DNA from: Permianibacter sp.
GTDB taxonomy: Bacteria > Pseudomonadota > Gammaproteobacteria > Enterobacterales > Permianibacteraceae
DNA length: 64,000 nt
Assembly: GCA_046297695.1 (NCBI GenBank)
Contig: JBKBHF010000013.1
Coordinates: 12,498-76,497, forward strand
Direction: 5' to 3'
Part shown: positions 1 to 9,987 of the stretch, piece after piece
Layout of the letters: the number at the start of each line of letters is the position of its first letter
Numbering within the stretch: position 1 is the first letter of the stretch
Notes under the pieces: generated by a model
What the model was told of the DNA's origin: nothing
Database searches by the model: none
Seen by the model: only the letters and a program-made list of their open reading frames with translations
Translations under genes and position numbers: made by a program

Positions 1-357
1 GCCTGGACGGCGGAAGCGCTGAAGCTGACCATGCCGGCCAGTGTGTTTTCGCGTTCGACCGAGTGCCACAACCAGGACAAGGTCAGCATGGGCACCATCG
101 CGGCGCGCGATTGCCTGCGGGTGATCGAGCTGACCGAGCAGGTCGGCGCCGCCATGTTGATGGCGGTGGCGCAAGCCTATGAGCTGCGTGCCAACGCCGG
201 CGAGATTGTCAGCGCCGCGCACGCACCGGCGCTGAGTCAGACCGTCACCGACGTGCGTCGATTCAGCGGTTTCATCAGCGAAGATCGGATGCTGGAAATG
301 GAATTGCGGGCACTGCTGCAGGCAATCCAGCAGCGCCAGTTTGCCCTGTATCACTGA
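1..357 (+). CDS. Aromatic amino acid/histidine ammonia-lyase family protein, C-terminal part (5' end lies outside the window)
   Basis: Frame 1 is open from nt 1 (AWTAEALKLT...). The segment ECHNQDKVSMGTIAARD resembles the conserved QD-x-VSMG region of HAL/PAL/TAL lyases. Stop at 355-357. It sits directly upstream of ape-type genes. Confidence 0.7.
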   Translation, partial: AWTAEALKLTMPASVFSRSTECHNQDKVSMGTIAARDCLRVIELTEQVGAAMLMAVAQAYELRANAGEIVSAAHAPALSQTVTDVRRFSGFISEDRMLEMELRALLQAIQQRQFALYH

Positions 358-376
358 GCGAACCGGAAGCCGCCCC

Positions 377-796
377 GTGAGTAAAGTACTACGCGAAGCC
401 GAAATCGAGTTGGAAATCCCGTTTCATGACTGCGACATGATGTCGGTGGTCTGGCACGGCAATTATCTGCGCTATTTCGAGATTGCCCGCTGCGCGCTGC
501 TGCGCACGTTCAACTACGACTATATGCAGATGCGCGATTCCGGCTTTATCTGGCCGATCATCGATACCCAGATCAAATATGTCGGCTCGGCCCGGTTCGA
601 GCAGCGTATCAAGGTACGCGCGCAGTTGCTCGAGTGGGAGAACCGGCTGAAGATCGAATACCTGATCCGTGATGCCGAAACCGGTGCCCGCATCACCCGC
701 GGCTACACGGTACAGGTCGCCGTTGCGATGGCGACCGGCGAAATGCAGTTGGTGTCACCGCCGGTGCTGGCCGAACGGCTGGGCTTGTCGTCATGA
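377..796 (+). CDS. 4HBT/YbgC-type hotdog thioesterase (ApeK-like)
   Basis: GTG 377 has GGAAG upstream; TTG 341 from the ORF track is an alternative start. IPFHDCDMMSVVWHGNYLRYFE is the typical YbgC/4-hydroxybenzoyl-CoA thioesterase N-terminal signature. The stop overlaps the next start (ATGA at 793). Confidence 0.75.
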   Translation: MSKVLREAEIELEIPFHDCDMMSVVWHGNYLRYFEIARCALLRTFNYDYMQMRDSGFIWPIIDTQIKYVGSARFEQRIKVRAQLLEWENRLKIEYLIRDAETGARITRGYTVQVAVAMATGEMQLVSPPVLAERLGLSS

Positions 797-1413
797 ATCG
801 CAACTCGCTGACTCTGATGTTGAGTCTGCTGCTGTCATGCCCGCTTGGTGTGGCAGAGGCCGGCGAGCTCACTTTGACTCGTCTGACCGAACAATTGGCC
901 ACGCATTTGCAGCAGCGTTCAAGCTTCGTGCAGTTGAAAACCGTCAAAGGACTCAGTCGCCCGTTGCGTTCGACCGGCGAAGTGCTGGTACTGCCTGAGC
1001 AAGGCGTGCTGTATATGGTGCAGAAGCCGCTGGTCGCGCGCTACGGCATTGGTCGCGACAAGATGCTGCTGGAAGAAGCCGGCCGGCAAAAACTGTTGCA
1101 GGCCAACGAGGCGCCGTGGTTGCGCACGCTGGGCCGCTTGCTGCACAGCATGCTGGCCGGTGAACTGGCCGCGCTGGAGCAGGATTTTCATTGCCAGCTC
1201 AGTCCGACCGCGACCGGTTGGCAGTTGTTGCTGACACCACGTCGTGAACCGCTGTCACTGGCGCTGGCGGAAGTGCAGTTGACCGGCGGCGATACCGTGC
1301 AGCAAGTCATCATCCGCGATCGCAATGGCGATCAGACTGAGCTGCAGTTTCAGGCCTTGCCGGCCGCCGCCGTGACAGCGGCCGAGCAGGCGCTGCTGGA
1401 TCTGATCAAGTGA
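793..1413 (+). CDS. LolA-like outer-membrane lipoprotein carrier family protein (ApeL-like)
   Basis: Signal peptide MNRNSLTLMLSLLLSCPLGVAEA. About 200 aa. Translationally coupled on both sides (ATGA 793, GTGA 1410). Its position between thioesterase and MMPL exporter matches APE clusters. Confidence 0.6.
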   Translation: MNRNSLTLMLSLLLSCPLGVAEAGELTLTRLTEQLATHLQQRSSFVQLKTVKGLSRPLRSTGEVLVLPEQGVLYMVQKPLVARYGIGRDKMLLEEAGRQKLLQANEAPWLRTLGRLLHSMLAGELAALEQDFHCQLSPTATGWQLLLTPRREPLSLALAEVQLTGGDTVQQVIIRDRNGDQTELQFQALPAAAVTAAEQALLDLIK

Positions 1414-3758
1414 CGGCGCTGCGCTCGCTGCGGGTTGGGTTGTTCGTACTGCTGCTCACGCTGGCCGGGGCATTTGTCGCGCAGCGGTTGCAGCAGGGGG
1501 ATGCGTTCAGCACCGATCTGCTGGCGTTGCTGCCGGCGACCGAGCGCGACCCGCTGGCCGAACAGGCGGCGCAGCAAGTGCAAACCGCCATCGGTAGCCA
1601 TACCGTTTTTCTGATCAGTCATACCGATCGCGAACGTGCGCGGGCCATCGCCAGCGAGTTCGCCAACCAGCTACGGCAAGCCAAGGTATTCGACCGGGTG
1701 CAGTTCGAGCTGCCGGCAGACGCCCAGCAGCGGCTGATTGAAAACCTGTTGCCGTATCGCAGCGCGCTGTTGTCGAATGCTGATGCCGCGCTGATTGCGG
1801 CCGGCGGCGAAGCGCTGCAGCAGCGCTTGCTACAGGCGCTGTACTCACCGCTCTCCGTTGCCGTACCGGGCGCGGATCCATTCGGCTTCTTTGCCAACAG
1901 CCTGCAGCAGCTCGGTGCGGGCGCCGGTGTCGCGCAAGTGGATGACGGTCTGCTGACCGTTGTCCGCGATGATCGCTTCTATCTGCTGGTCGATGCGGTC
2001 TCAAGCCAATCCGTATTCGATGATCGCTATCAGCGCCAGGCCATCACTGTCATCGAGCACGCCAAGGCAACTGCCATTGCAGCTGGCGCCGAAGTGCTCG
2101 GTACCGGCACGTTACGGTTCGCCGCCCAGGCTCGCGCCGAAGGTGAGCGCGATGTCAGCGTCATCGCCAGCGTCAGCACCATCGGCGTGCTGCTGCTGGT
2201 ATTGCTGGTGTTCCGGCGCGCTGCACCGCTGTTGCTGATGTTTGCCGTGATCGGTGCGTCACTACTCGGTGCCACTGCACTGGCGCTGCTGATCTACGGC
2301 AAGCTGCATTTGCTGACCTATGTTTTCGGCACCACGTTGATCGGTATTGCCGGCGACTACGCGCTGCACTACCTGACCCTGCATGCCAGCAGCCATCACT
2401 GGGATGCGAAAGCGGCGATGCGGCAGTTGTTCAAGCCGTTGACCATCGCGATGCTGACCACCTTCATGGCCTATCTGGCAATTGCGCTGACGCCGTTCAG
2501 CGCCTTCCGGCAGATCGCGCTGTTCTGCATGCTCGGTTTGCTGTGCGGTTATCTGGCCGTGCTGGTGTTGTTGCCGGCGGTGCTGGTCGCGCCGGCCAAA
2601 CAAGCACCCGCCGCGCTGGCCTGGACGGGCGCGCTGCATGAGCGTTTGCTGGCCTGGCGCCGCCAGCGCCGACCGGTCTATCTCTTGCTTCTGATACTGT
2701 TTGCCAGTGCCTTGCCGGGTTGGTGGTGGCTGCGCGCCGATGACGACATTCACTTGCTGCAGAAATCCGATCCCGGTCTGCTGGCGGAACAGCAGCGTAT
2801 CGCCGACATTCTGCAGCAGAATGGCAACAGCCAATTCTTTCTGGTGCGTGGTAGCAATGAAGCCGAATGGCTGGCGCGCGAACAAGCCTTGGTTGCGGCG
2901 CTGCAAGCGGCGCAGGCGCGCGGTGATCTGATCGGTTGGCGGGCGTTGTCCGACGCCGTGCCGCCAGTGAATCAGCAACAACAGCGGATCGCGCTGCTTG
3001 AGTCGGCATTTGCCGATGACGGTAATTTAGCAATTGCCTTACAGGCGCTGGAATTTGCTCCGGATGATATCGCGGCGCTGAAACAACAGACGTTGAGCCA
3101 CGCTGTGCTGACAATCGGTGACTATCTGGCGATGCCGCACAACCAAGCGCAGCGGCTGCAGCGGTTGCCGACGACCGACGGCAGCGTCGTCAGCATTGTC
3201 CTGCTCGACGGTATCAGCCGTCTTGATGCGATGGCAGCACTGAGGCTCGAGGGCGTCAGCTTTGTCGACAAGACCGCGAGCATTTCGGCGCTGTTTCGAT
3301 CGTTCCGGGAACAGGCGACCGGCTATGTCTTGCTGGCTTACGGTGTCACGCTGCTGTGGCTGCTGTGGCAGTGCGGCTGGCATGGTGCGCTGGTGCGCTT
3401 GTTGCCGACCGCGCTGGCAAGTGGTTTGACGCTGGCGCTGCTCGGCTATTTCGGCCAGCCGTTCAATCTGTTCACCGGTATTGCGTTGCTGCTGGTGCTT
3501 GGCATCGGCATTGACTACGCGCTGTTTCTGGCCGAAGGCGAAGGTCATGAGCCGGCCAGTCTGTTGGCGATCCTGTTGTCGGCGTTGACTGCGATACTGG
3601 GCTTTGGCCTGCTGGTCGGCGCCAGTTTGCCGGCGGTCAGTGGTTTTGGTTTGACCGTGCTGATCGGTGTGCTGCTGGCGCTGTTGCTGGCGCCGCTGAC
3701 CTTGGTGCTCATGCACGAAAAGCCGGTGCACGAAAAGCCGGCGCATCAAAACCATTGA
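1410..3758 (+). CDS. MMPL/RND-superfamily membrane exporter (ApeM-like)
   Basis: 782 aa with two blocks of multiple hydrophobic helices (about aa 250-400 and 640-770) separated by soluble loops, the typical MMPL topology. GTG start overlaps the upstream stop. Confidence 0.75.
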   Translation: MTALRSLRVGLFVLLLTLAGAFVAQRLQQGDAFSTDLLALLPATERDPLAEQAAQQVQTAIGSHTVFLISHTDRERARAIASEFANQLRQAKVFDRVQFELPADAQQRLIENLLPYRSALLSNADAALIAAGGEALQQRLLQALYSPLSVAVPGADPFGFFANSLQQLGAGAGVAQVDDGLLTVVRDDRFYLLVDAVSSQSVFDDRYQRQAITVIEHAKATAIAAGAEVLGTGTLRFAAQARAEGERDVSVIASVSTIGVLLLVLLVFRRAAPLLLMFAVIGASLLGATALALLIYGKLHLLTYVFGTTLIGIAGDYALHYLTLHASSHHWDAKAAMRQLFKPLTIAMLTTFMAYLAIALTPFSAFRQIALFCMLGLLCGYLAVLVLLPAVLVAPAKQAPAALAWTGALHERLLAWRRQRRPVYLLLLILFASALPGWWWLRADDDIHLLQKSDPGLLAEQQRIADILQQNGNSQFFLVRGSNEAEWLAREQALVAALQAAQARGDLIGWRALSDAVPPVNQQQQRIALLESAFADDGNLAIALQALEFAPDDIAALKQQTLSHAVLTIGDYLAMPHNQAQRLQRLPTTDGSVVSIVLLDGISRLDAMAALRLEGVSFVDKTASISALFRSFREQATGYVLLAYGVTLLWLLWQCGWHGALVRLLPTALASGLTLALLGYFGQPFNLFTGIALLLVLGIGIDYALFLAEGEGHEPASLLAILLSALTAILGFGLLVGASLPAVSGFGLTVLIGVLLALLLAPLTLVLMHEKPVHEKPAHQNH

Positions 3759-3796
3759 ACGAAAACTGTTGAATGAAAAACGCTGAAGGATAGACC

Positions 3797-4345
3797 GTGA
3801 TTCGTGTCCTGCTGTTGTTGAGCCTGCTGGTGCTGCTGTCAGCCTGTGCCAGCACGCCGTGCGTGCGCTGGGCCGGCAGTGCCCGCTGGTGTGCAGCGCC
3901 GTTGCCGGCCACGCCGCCGTTTGCCCGCAGCGAAGACATCGTCAATGCCGATGCCCGTGGCGAAAAACTGGTGGTGCTGGCAACGACCGAATGGAGTGCC
4001 ACGCAGTTCACCCAAGTGGTGCTGACGCCGTTTGGTCAGCGCCTGTATCGCTTGCAGTACGATGGTCAGCAGGTGGAATTCGATGCCGGCCTGCTGCCGG
4101 TGCCGGTCAAGCCGGAACAATCGCTGCTCGATATCCAGCTGATGCTATGGCCGCTGTCGCTGTTGCAGGCGCAGTTGCCGAGCGGCTGGAGCTTGCAGGA
4201 AGATGCGGGCACCGGCGCCCGCCGGCTGCGCGCCGGTGACGAATTACTGGCCGAAGTGAACCGGCTCAGCGCCGACGAAGTGGAGCTGATTCAGCACCGG
4301 CTCGGCTACACCGTGCGTGTGCAAACGCTGGAGCAGACGCGATGA
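3797..4345 (+). CDS. DUF3261-like lipoprotein (ApeN-like)
   Basis: GTG start. Lipoprotein signal with lipobox (MIRVLLLLSLLVLLSAC). 182 aa. Stop overlaps the next gene's ATG (ATGA 4342). Position after the MMPL gene matches APE clusters. Confidence 0.6.
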   Translation: MIRVLLLLSLLVLLSACASTPCVRWAGSARWCAAPLPATPPFARSEDIVNADARGEKLVVLATTEWSATQFTQVVLTPFGQRLYRLQYDGQQVEFDAGLLPVPVKPEQSLLDIQLMLWPLSLLQAQLPSGWSLQEDAGTGARRLRAGDELLAEVNRLSADEVELIQHRLGYTVRVQTLEQTR

Positions 4346-5547
4346 CCGACCGCATCAATACGGCGAAATATTACCTTTCCGCTCCGGGTCTGATCTGCCC
4401 GCTCGGCGACAACGCGCCGACCGTTGCCGAGGCATTGTTCAATGGCAGGCCGGGGCTGGTGGCTGCAACTGGTTGGCTGCCGGAGCGCAGCGCCTGGCTC
4501 GGCAAGGTCGATACGGCATTGCCAGCCATACCGAGCTCACTGAGCGAGTTTTCCTGCCGCAACAACCAGCTGTTGCTGGCGGCGTTGCAACAACTGCAGC
4601 CGACACTCGATGCGCTGTTGCAGCGCTATCCGCGCGAACGCATCGGGGTCGTGATTGGCTCCAGCACCTCCGGCATCGATGAAGGCGAACGCGCGATTGC
4701 CTTTTATGAGCAAAGCGTTGCGCAAGCGCAAACCGGTGCGTTTCCGCCGGCATTCGATTACCGCCAGCAGGAAATCGGTGCGCCGGCCTTGTTCGTTGCC
4801 CGTCAGCTCGGTGTTACCGGCCCGACCTACACGGTTTCGACTGCCTGCACCTCGAGCACGCGGGCGGTGCTGTCGGCACGCTGGTTGCTGCAGGCGGAGC
4901 TCTGCGATGCCGTGATCGTCGGCGGCGCCGATTCGCTGTGCCGGCTGACGGTGCAGGGCTTCGCCGCGCTGGAATCGTTTTCGCAAGCGCAGTGCCGGCC
5001 GTTCAGTGCCGATCGCGATGGCATCAATATCGGTGAAGGTGCGGCGCTGTTCGTGCTGAGCCGCGAGCCGCTCGATGCCAGGCCGGTGCGTCTGCTTGGA
5101 GGTGCGGCGTCAGCGGATGCTTATCATATTTCCGCGCCGCAACCGGATGGCCTCGGTGCCGAGCGGGCGCTGCGCGGCGCGCTGGCCGATGCCGGTGTCG
5201 ATGCCGCGGCGATCGATTACCTGAATCTGCATGGCACCGCGACGCCGAAGAATGACGAGATGGAAGCCAAGGCGGTCCATCGGGTGTTTGGCGCGGCGCT
5301 GCCATGCAGCAGCACCAAATCGTTGACCGGTCATCTGCTCGGAGCAGCCGGGGCGGTGGAGCTGGCGTTCTGCTATCTGGCACTGCAACACGGGCGTTTG
5401 CCGGTACAATCGCCGCCTCGGGTGGCGGATGCCGCCTTGCCCGCGCTGAATCTGGTCACGGCACCGAGGCAGGTCAGCCTCAACACCGTGATGACGGCGA
5501 ACTATGCTTTCGGTGGCAGCAACGTGGCGCTGGTGCTGGGCCGTTGA
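4342..5547 (+). CDS. Beta-ketoacyl-ACP synthase (ApeO-like KS)
   Basis: Thiolase-fold KS with an apparent Cys-His-His triad: TVSTACTSS, NLHGTATPKND, SLTGHLLGAAG. C-terminal NYAFGGSNVALVL. Confidence 0.88.
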   Translation: MTDRINTAKYYLSAPGLICPLGDNAPTVAEALFNGRPGLVAATGWLPERSAWLGKVDTALPAIPSSLSEFSCRNNQLLLAALQQLQPTLDALLQRYPRERIGVVIGSSTSGIDEGERAIAFYEQSVAQAQTGAFPPAFDYRQQEIGAPALFVARQLGVTGPTYTVSTACTSSTRAVLSARWLLQAELCDAVIVGGADSLCRLTVQGFAALESFSQAQCRPFSADRDGINIGEGAALFVLSREPLDARPVRLLGGAASADAYHISAPQPDGLGAERALRGALADAGVDAAAIDYLNLHGTATPKNDEMEAKAVHRVFGAALPCSSTKSLTGHLLGAAGAVELAFCYLALQHGRLPVQSPPRVADAALPALNLVTAPRQVSLNTVMTANYAFGGSNVALVLGR

Positions 5548-5578
5548 AACCGGCAAACGAAATTTCAGGAGAGTGCAG

Positions 5579-6046
5579 GTGGCGCTGGCGTTTCAACAAT
5601 GGTCGATGGCCGAGCTGTTGCCGCACGCCGGCGACATGATTCTGCTCGACGCCGTGCTGAGCTGTGATGACGAGCAAATCGTCGTCACCGCGACGCCGCA
5701 TGCCGGCACCATTCTGGTCGATGACAAGGGCGTGTTGCCGGCCTGGACTGGCATCGAATACATGGCGCAGGCGATTGCCTGTTTCGCCGGTGTGCACGAG
5801 CGCGTGCACGGCCGGCCGCCGAAGGTCGGTTTCCTGCTCGGCACCCGCAGTTACGACAGCAAGGTGGCGGCGTTTGCGTTGAACCAGACGCTGCGGATCA
5901 GCGCAACCAAACAGTATCAGGAGGCCAACGGCCTCGGCGCGTTCCAGTGCCGCATCGAAAACGAAACCGGTATGCTGGTCGAAGCCAGCATCAACGTGTT
6001 TGAGCCGCCAGAGCTGGAAAAATATCTGGCCGGCGAGCAAAACTGA
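5579..6046 (+). CDS. Hotdog-fold 3-hydroxyacyl-ACP dehydratase (ApeP-like)
   Basis: GTG 5579 lies 7 nt after AGGAGA; ATG 5606 is an alternative. About 155 aa, ...LLPHAGDMILLD...GIEYMAQAIA... resembles FabA/FabZ-like hotdog dehydratases found between KS and KR in APE clusters. Confidence 0.65.
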   Translation: MALAFQQWSMAELLPHAGDMILLDAVLSCDDEQIVVTATPHAGTILVDDKGVLPAWTGIEYMAQAIACFAGVHERVHGRPPKVGFLLGTRSYDSKVAAFALNQTLRISATKQYQEANGLGAFQCRIENETGMLVEASINVFEPPELEKYLAGEQN

Positions 6047-6089
6047 CAGCAGCAAAATTTCACTTCATAAAACCCCGCAAGAGAAGCTA

Positions 6090-6824
6090 ATGACCAATCC
6101 CTCGCGCCGTATTCTGGTTACCGGCTCCAGCCGCGGCATCGGTCGCGCCATTGCCTTGCAACTGGCGCGCGACGGTTTTCACGTTTTGGTGCATGGCCGC
6201 GCCGACGGCGACGCGCTGCGTGCCGTCGCCAGCGAAATCGCCGCTGCCGGCGGCAGTGCCAGCGCCTTGCCGTTTGATATCAGTGATCGCGCCGCAACAC
6301 GCGCGGCCTTGGACCATGAACTGACCAGCAACGGCGCGCTGTACGGGGTCGTCTGCAATGCCGGCATCGCCCGCGATAACGCCTTTCCGGCGATGACCGA
6401 AGAGGATTGGGACGGCGTCATCCACACCAACCTCGACAGCTTCTATAACGTCGTGCAGCCGCTGGTGATGCCGATGGTGCGCGCCAAGAAGGGCGGCCGC
6501 ATCGTTACGCTGTCGTCGGTGTCCGGCATTGCCGGCAATCGCGGCCAAGTCAATTACAGTGCCGCCAAGGCCGGCATCATTGGTGCGACCAAGGCACTGG
6601 CGTTGGAATTGGCTTCGCGCAACATCACCGTCAATTGCGTTGCGCCGGGTTTGATCGACACCGAAATGCTGCACGGCGTCGAAGTCGACGAAGCGCTGAA
6701 ACTGGTGCCGGCCAAACGGCTCGGCAAACCGGAAGAAATCGCCGCCGTCGTGGCGTTCCTGTGCAGCGACAACGCTGCCTATGTCACCCGGCAAGTGATC
6801 GCCGTCAACGGAGGCATGGTATGA
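6090..6824 (+). CDS. 3-oxoacyl-ACP reductase, SDR family (FabG/ApeQ-like)
   Basis: ATG 6090. ILVTGSSRGIGRAIA (TGxxxGIG Rossmann motif), NAGI, and the catalytic S...YSAAK motif. Stop overlaps the next ATG (6821). Confidence 0.92.
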   Translation: MTNPSRRILVTGSSRGIGRAIALQLARDGFHVLVHGRADGDALRAVASEIAAAGGSASALPFDISDRAATRAALDHELTSNGALYGVVCNAGIARDNAFPAMTEEDWDGVIHTNLDSFYNVVQPLVMPMVRAKKGGRIVTLSSVSGIAGNRGQVNYSAAKAGIIGATKALALELASRNITVNCVAPGLIDTEMLHGVEVDEALKLVPAKRLGKPEEIAAVVAFLCSDNAAYVTRQVIAVNGGMV

Positions 6825-8053
6825 CGCCGAAACGTGTCGTCGTCACCGGCATGGCCGGCATCACCTCGCTCGGTTCGGACTGGGACAGCGTGGCGGCCAA
6901 TTTGCGCGCGGGTAAAAGCGGCATACGCTATATGCCGGAATGGGAACGCTTCGATGGCCTGAATACGAGGCTCGGCGGCCCGGTGACTGATTTCACCGTG
7001 CCGGAACATTATTCGCGCAAGAAAATTCGCAGTATGGGCCGCGTTGCCCTGCTGGGCACGGTCGCCACCGAACGCGCATTGAAAGATGCCGGTCTGCTCG
7101 ATGACCCGTGCATCAAAGACGGCCGCATGGGCATTTCCTATGGCGCGTCGGCCGGCAGCATGGAACCGGTCAAAGCCTTCGGTAATATGCTGAGTACTGG
7201 CTCGATGGCCGGCATCACTTCATCCAGTTACATCCAGATGATGGCGCACACTGCGCCGGTCAATATCGCAGTATTTTTTGAACTGAAAGGCCGCATCATC
7301 ACCACCAGTTCGGCCTGCACGTCCGGCTCGCAAGGCATCGGTTATGCCTACGAAGCGATCAAATATGGCAAACAGAAACTGATGGTCGCCGGTGGCGCCG
7401 AAGAACTGACCGGCGCCGAAGCGGCGGTGTTCGATACGCTGTTCGCCACCAGCACCAGGAACGACACGCCGGAACTGACGCCGCGGCCGTTCGATAGAGA
7501 GCGCGATGGTCTCGTGGTCGGTGAAGGCGCCGGCACCCTGATTCTGGAAGAGCTCGAACACGCGCAGGCGCGCGGCGCCAAGATCTACGCCGAGCTGGTC
7601 GGTTACGGTTGCAACTCCGATGGTGCCCACATCACCCAGCCGGAAGCGGAGACGATGGCCGTGGCGATGAAATGGGCGCTCGAAGACGCCAATCTGCCGC
7701 CAAGCGCAATTGGTTACGTCAATGCTCACGGTACCGCGACGGATCGCGGCGATATCGCTGAAACCGCCGCGACCGCGTCGGTGTTCGGCAACGCGATGCC
7801 GATTTCCTCGTTGAAGAGTTATTTCGGCCACACGCTTGGTGCCTGCGGCGCGCTGGAAGCCTGGCTCAGCATCGAGATGATGAATCGCGGCTGGTTCGCA
7901 CCGACCATCAATCTGGTAAACCGTGATGAGCGTTGTGCGGAATTGGATTACATAATGGGTAACGGTCGTGAGCTACAAACCGACTATCTGATGTCGAACA
8001 ATTTCGCCTTTGGTGGCATCAACACTTCGCTGATTTTCAAGCGCTGGCGCTAA
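6821..8053 (+). CDS. Beta-ketoacyl-ACP synthase II-like (ApeR-like KS)
   Basis: MTPKRVVVTGMAGITSLG; catalytic SSACTSG, NAHGTATDRGD, YFGHTLGACG; C-terminal NNFAFGGINTSLIF. Confidence 0.92.
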   Translation: MTPKRVVVTGMAGITSLGSDWDSVAANLRAGKSGIRYMPEWERFDGLNTRLGGPVTDFTVPEHYSRKKIRSMGRVALLGTVATERALKDAGLLDDPCIKDGRMGISYGASAGSMEPVKAFGNMLSTGSMAGITSSSYIQMMAHTAPVNIAVFFELKGRIITTSSACTSGSQGIGYAYEAIKYGKQKLMVAGGAEELTGAEAAVFDTLFATSTRNDTPELTPRPFDRERDGLVVGEGAGTLILEELEHAQARGAKIYAELVGYGCNSDGAHITQPEAETMAVAMKWALEDANLPPSAIGYVNAHGTATDRGDIAETAATASVFGNAMPISSLKSYFGHTLGACGALEAWLSIEMMNRGWFAPTINLVNRDERCAELDYIMGNGRELQTDYLMSNNFAFGGINTSLIFKRWR

Positions 8054-8065
8054 ACGGGTAAAGCG

Positions 8066-8094
8066 ACAGGAGCGGCCTCGGCCGCTCCTGATTT
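8066..8094. terminator. GC-rich hairpin between the convergent KS gene and rph
   Basis: CAGGAGCGGCC-TC-GGCCGCTCCTG followed by ATTT. It lies between stop 8053 (+) and stop 8111 (-). Confidence 0.5.
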
Positions 8095-8110
8095 GAAGAG
8101 TGTGGGTGCT

Positions 8111-8827
8111 TTACTGATTCACCGCCGTCTTCTGAATATCAAACAGTTCGCGGCAGCCCTGCTTGGCGAGTTCCAGCAGCGCATTCAATTGCTCCGGCGA
8201 GAACGGCGCGCCTTCGGCGGTGCCTTGCACTTCGATAAAGCCGCCGGTTTCGGTCATCACGACGTTCATGTCGGTTTCGCAGCCGGAGTCTTCCGGGTAA
8301 TCCAAATCGAGCACCGGCACGCCTTCATAAATACCGACGCTGATCGCCGACACCCAATGCTTGAACGGGTTGGTTTTGATTTTGCCTTCTTTGCGCATCC
8401 ACTGAATGGCGTCGTGCAGCGCGACGCAGGCGCCGGTGATCGAGGCGCAACGGGTGCCGCCATCGGCCTGGATCACGTCGCAATCGAGCGTGATGGTGTA
8501 TTCGCCGAGTTGCTCCAGCGCCACGGCGCTGCGCAAGGCGCGGCCGATCAGGCGCTGAATTTCCAAGGTGCGGCCGCCTTGCTTGCCCTTGGCGGCCTCA
8601 CGGTCGCTACGGTCATGGGTCGCGCGCGGCAGCATGCCGTATTCGGCGGTCAGCCAGCCCTGGCCTTTGCCTTTGAGAAAGCGCGGCACGCCATCGACCA
8701 CGCTGGCCGTGCAGATCACCTTGGTGTCGCCGCATTCGACCAGCACCGAACCTTCGGCATGGCGGGTGTAGTGGCGGGTCAGGGTGTAGGGGCGCAACTG
8801 GTTCGGGGTGCGTTGGCTCGGGCGCAT
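8111..8827 (-). CDS. rph: Ribonuclease PH
   Basis: 238 aa. [43 protein letters not shown]... is near-canonical RNase PH. Confidence 0.96.
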   Translation of the reverse strand: MRPSQRTPNQLRPYTLTRHYTRHAEGSVLVECGDTKVICTASVVDGVPRFLKGKGQGWLTAEYGMLPRATHDRSDREAAKGKQGGRTLEIQRLIGRALRSAVALEQLGEYTITLDCDVIQADGGTRCASITGACVALHDAIQWMRKEGKIKTNPFKHWVSAISVGIYEGVPVLDLDYPEDSGCETDMNVVMTETGGFIEVQGTAEGAPFSPEQLNALLELAKQGCRELFDIQKTAVNQ

Positions 8828-8937
8828 GGGGAGTCCGGGTCGGGAGAACGGGAGAGGCGGGCATTATAGGGCGGAACGCGCCGGAATCCTGTGTTGTCGA
8901 TGATTTGGCTACCGCGACATTCGCGCCGCCAGCCCGC

Positions 8938-8991
8938 GTAGGGTGCGCCATGCGCACCGCAGGTCCACCCCGATGCGCATGGCACACCCTA
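8938..8991. repeat. REP-like palindromic element
   Basis: 19-bp inverted repeat GTAGGGTGCGCCATGCGCA / TGCGCATGGCACACCCTAC (1 mismatch) with a 16-nt spacer, in the rph-yicC intergenic region. Confidence 0.6.
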
Positions 8992-9047
8992 CGGGAAGCG
9001 TGGCGCTGCTAAACTAAGCGCCCCTGTTTGTCCGCAATCGGTAGCCC

Positions 9048-9911
9048 ATGATCCACAGCATGACCGCCTTTGCCCGCCGCGAAGCCAGCAGCAGCCTCGG
9101 CACCTTCACCTGGGAAATCCGCTCGGTGAACCAGCGCTTTCTGGAGCCGTCTTTCCGCTTGCCGGACACGCTGCGTGCGGTCGAACACCTGCTGCGGGAC
9201 CAAGCCAAGCAGCGACTTACCCGTGGCAAACTCGATTGCTCGTTGCGTTACGAACCAGCCGTTGCCCAGCAGCTGCCGGCAATCAATGAGTCCCTGGTAA
9301 CCCAGCTCAATCACCTGAGCACGCGCCTGTCCGTACTCGGTGTCGAAGGCAACACGCTGTCGCATGCCGACGTACTGCGCTGGCCCGGCGTACTGCAAAC
9401 CGCCGAAGCCGACGCTGAACAAATGCAGGCGCAGGCGCTCGCCTTGTTCGACGGTGCACTGACTGATCTGATCGCCATGCGCGCCCGTGAAGGTGAACAG
9501 ATCAAGCGCATGCTGAAAGAGCGGCTCGATGGCATCGCCGCGGAAGTGGTCAAGGCCCGCGCGCTGCTGCCGGAAATCAAAGAGAAAGCACGCGAAAAAC
9601 TGCTCAGCAAATTCACCGAAGCCAAAGTCGAGCTCGATCCGACCCGGCTGGAACAGGAAATGGTGATGTTCGCCCAGCGCATCGATGTCGATGAAGAGCT
9701 GGACCGACTGACCACCCACGTCAATGAAATCACCCGCCTGCTCGACGAAGGCGGCGCCATCGGTCGTCGGCTCGATTTCCTGATTCAAGAATTGCACCGC
9801 GAAGCCAATACGCTCGGGTCGAAGTCGGTCAGCACGGCAACGACGGCGGTATCGGTGTCGCTGAAGGTGTTTATCGAGCAGATGCGGGAACAGGTGCAGA
9901 ACATTGAGTAA
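9048..9911 (+). CDS. yicC: YicC-family stress-induced protein/endoribonuclease
   Basis: MIHSMTAFARRE...WEIRSVNQRFLE...C-terminal REANTLGSKS and QMREQVQNIE are typical YicC signatures. rph-yicC adjacency matches E. coli. Confidence 0.9.
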   Translation: MIHSMTAFARREASSSLGTFTWEIRSVNQRFLEPSFRLPDTLRAVEHLLRDQAKQRLTRGKLDCSLRYEPAVAQQLPAINESLVTQLNHLSTRLSVLGVEGNTLSHADVLRWPGVLQTAEADAEQMQAQALALFDGALTDLIAMRAREGEQIKRMLKERLDGIAAEVVKARALLPEIKEKAREKLLSKFTEAKVELDPTRLEQEMVMFAQRIDVDEELDRLTTHVNEITRLLDEGGAIGRRLDFLIQELHREANTLGSKSVSTATTAVSVSLKVFIEQMREQVQNIE

Positions 9912-9987
9912 GCGGGGGGTAGCCAACTTCGCACTGTTCCAGCGGACGACAAGTCGCCGCTGAACAGTAGCTCTTCGAAACAGAATA

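Noticed and set aside
8093-8869. 258-aa plus-strand ORF
   Set aside because: It is antisense to rph, which is near-canonical RNase PH.
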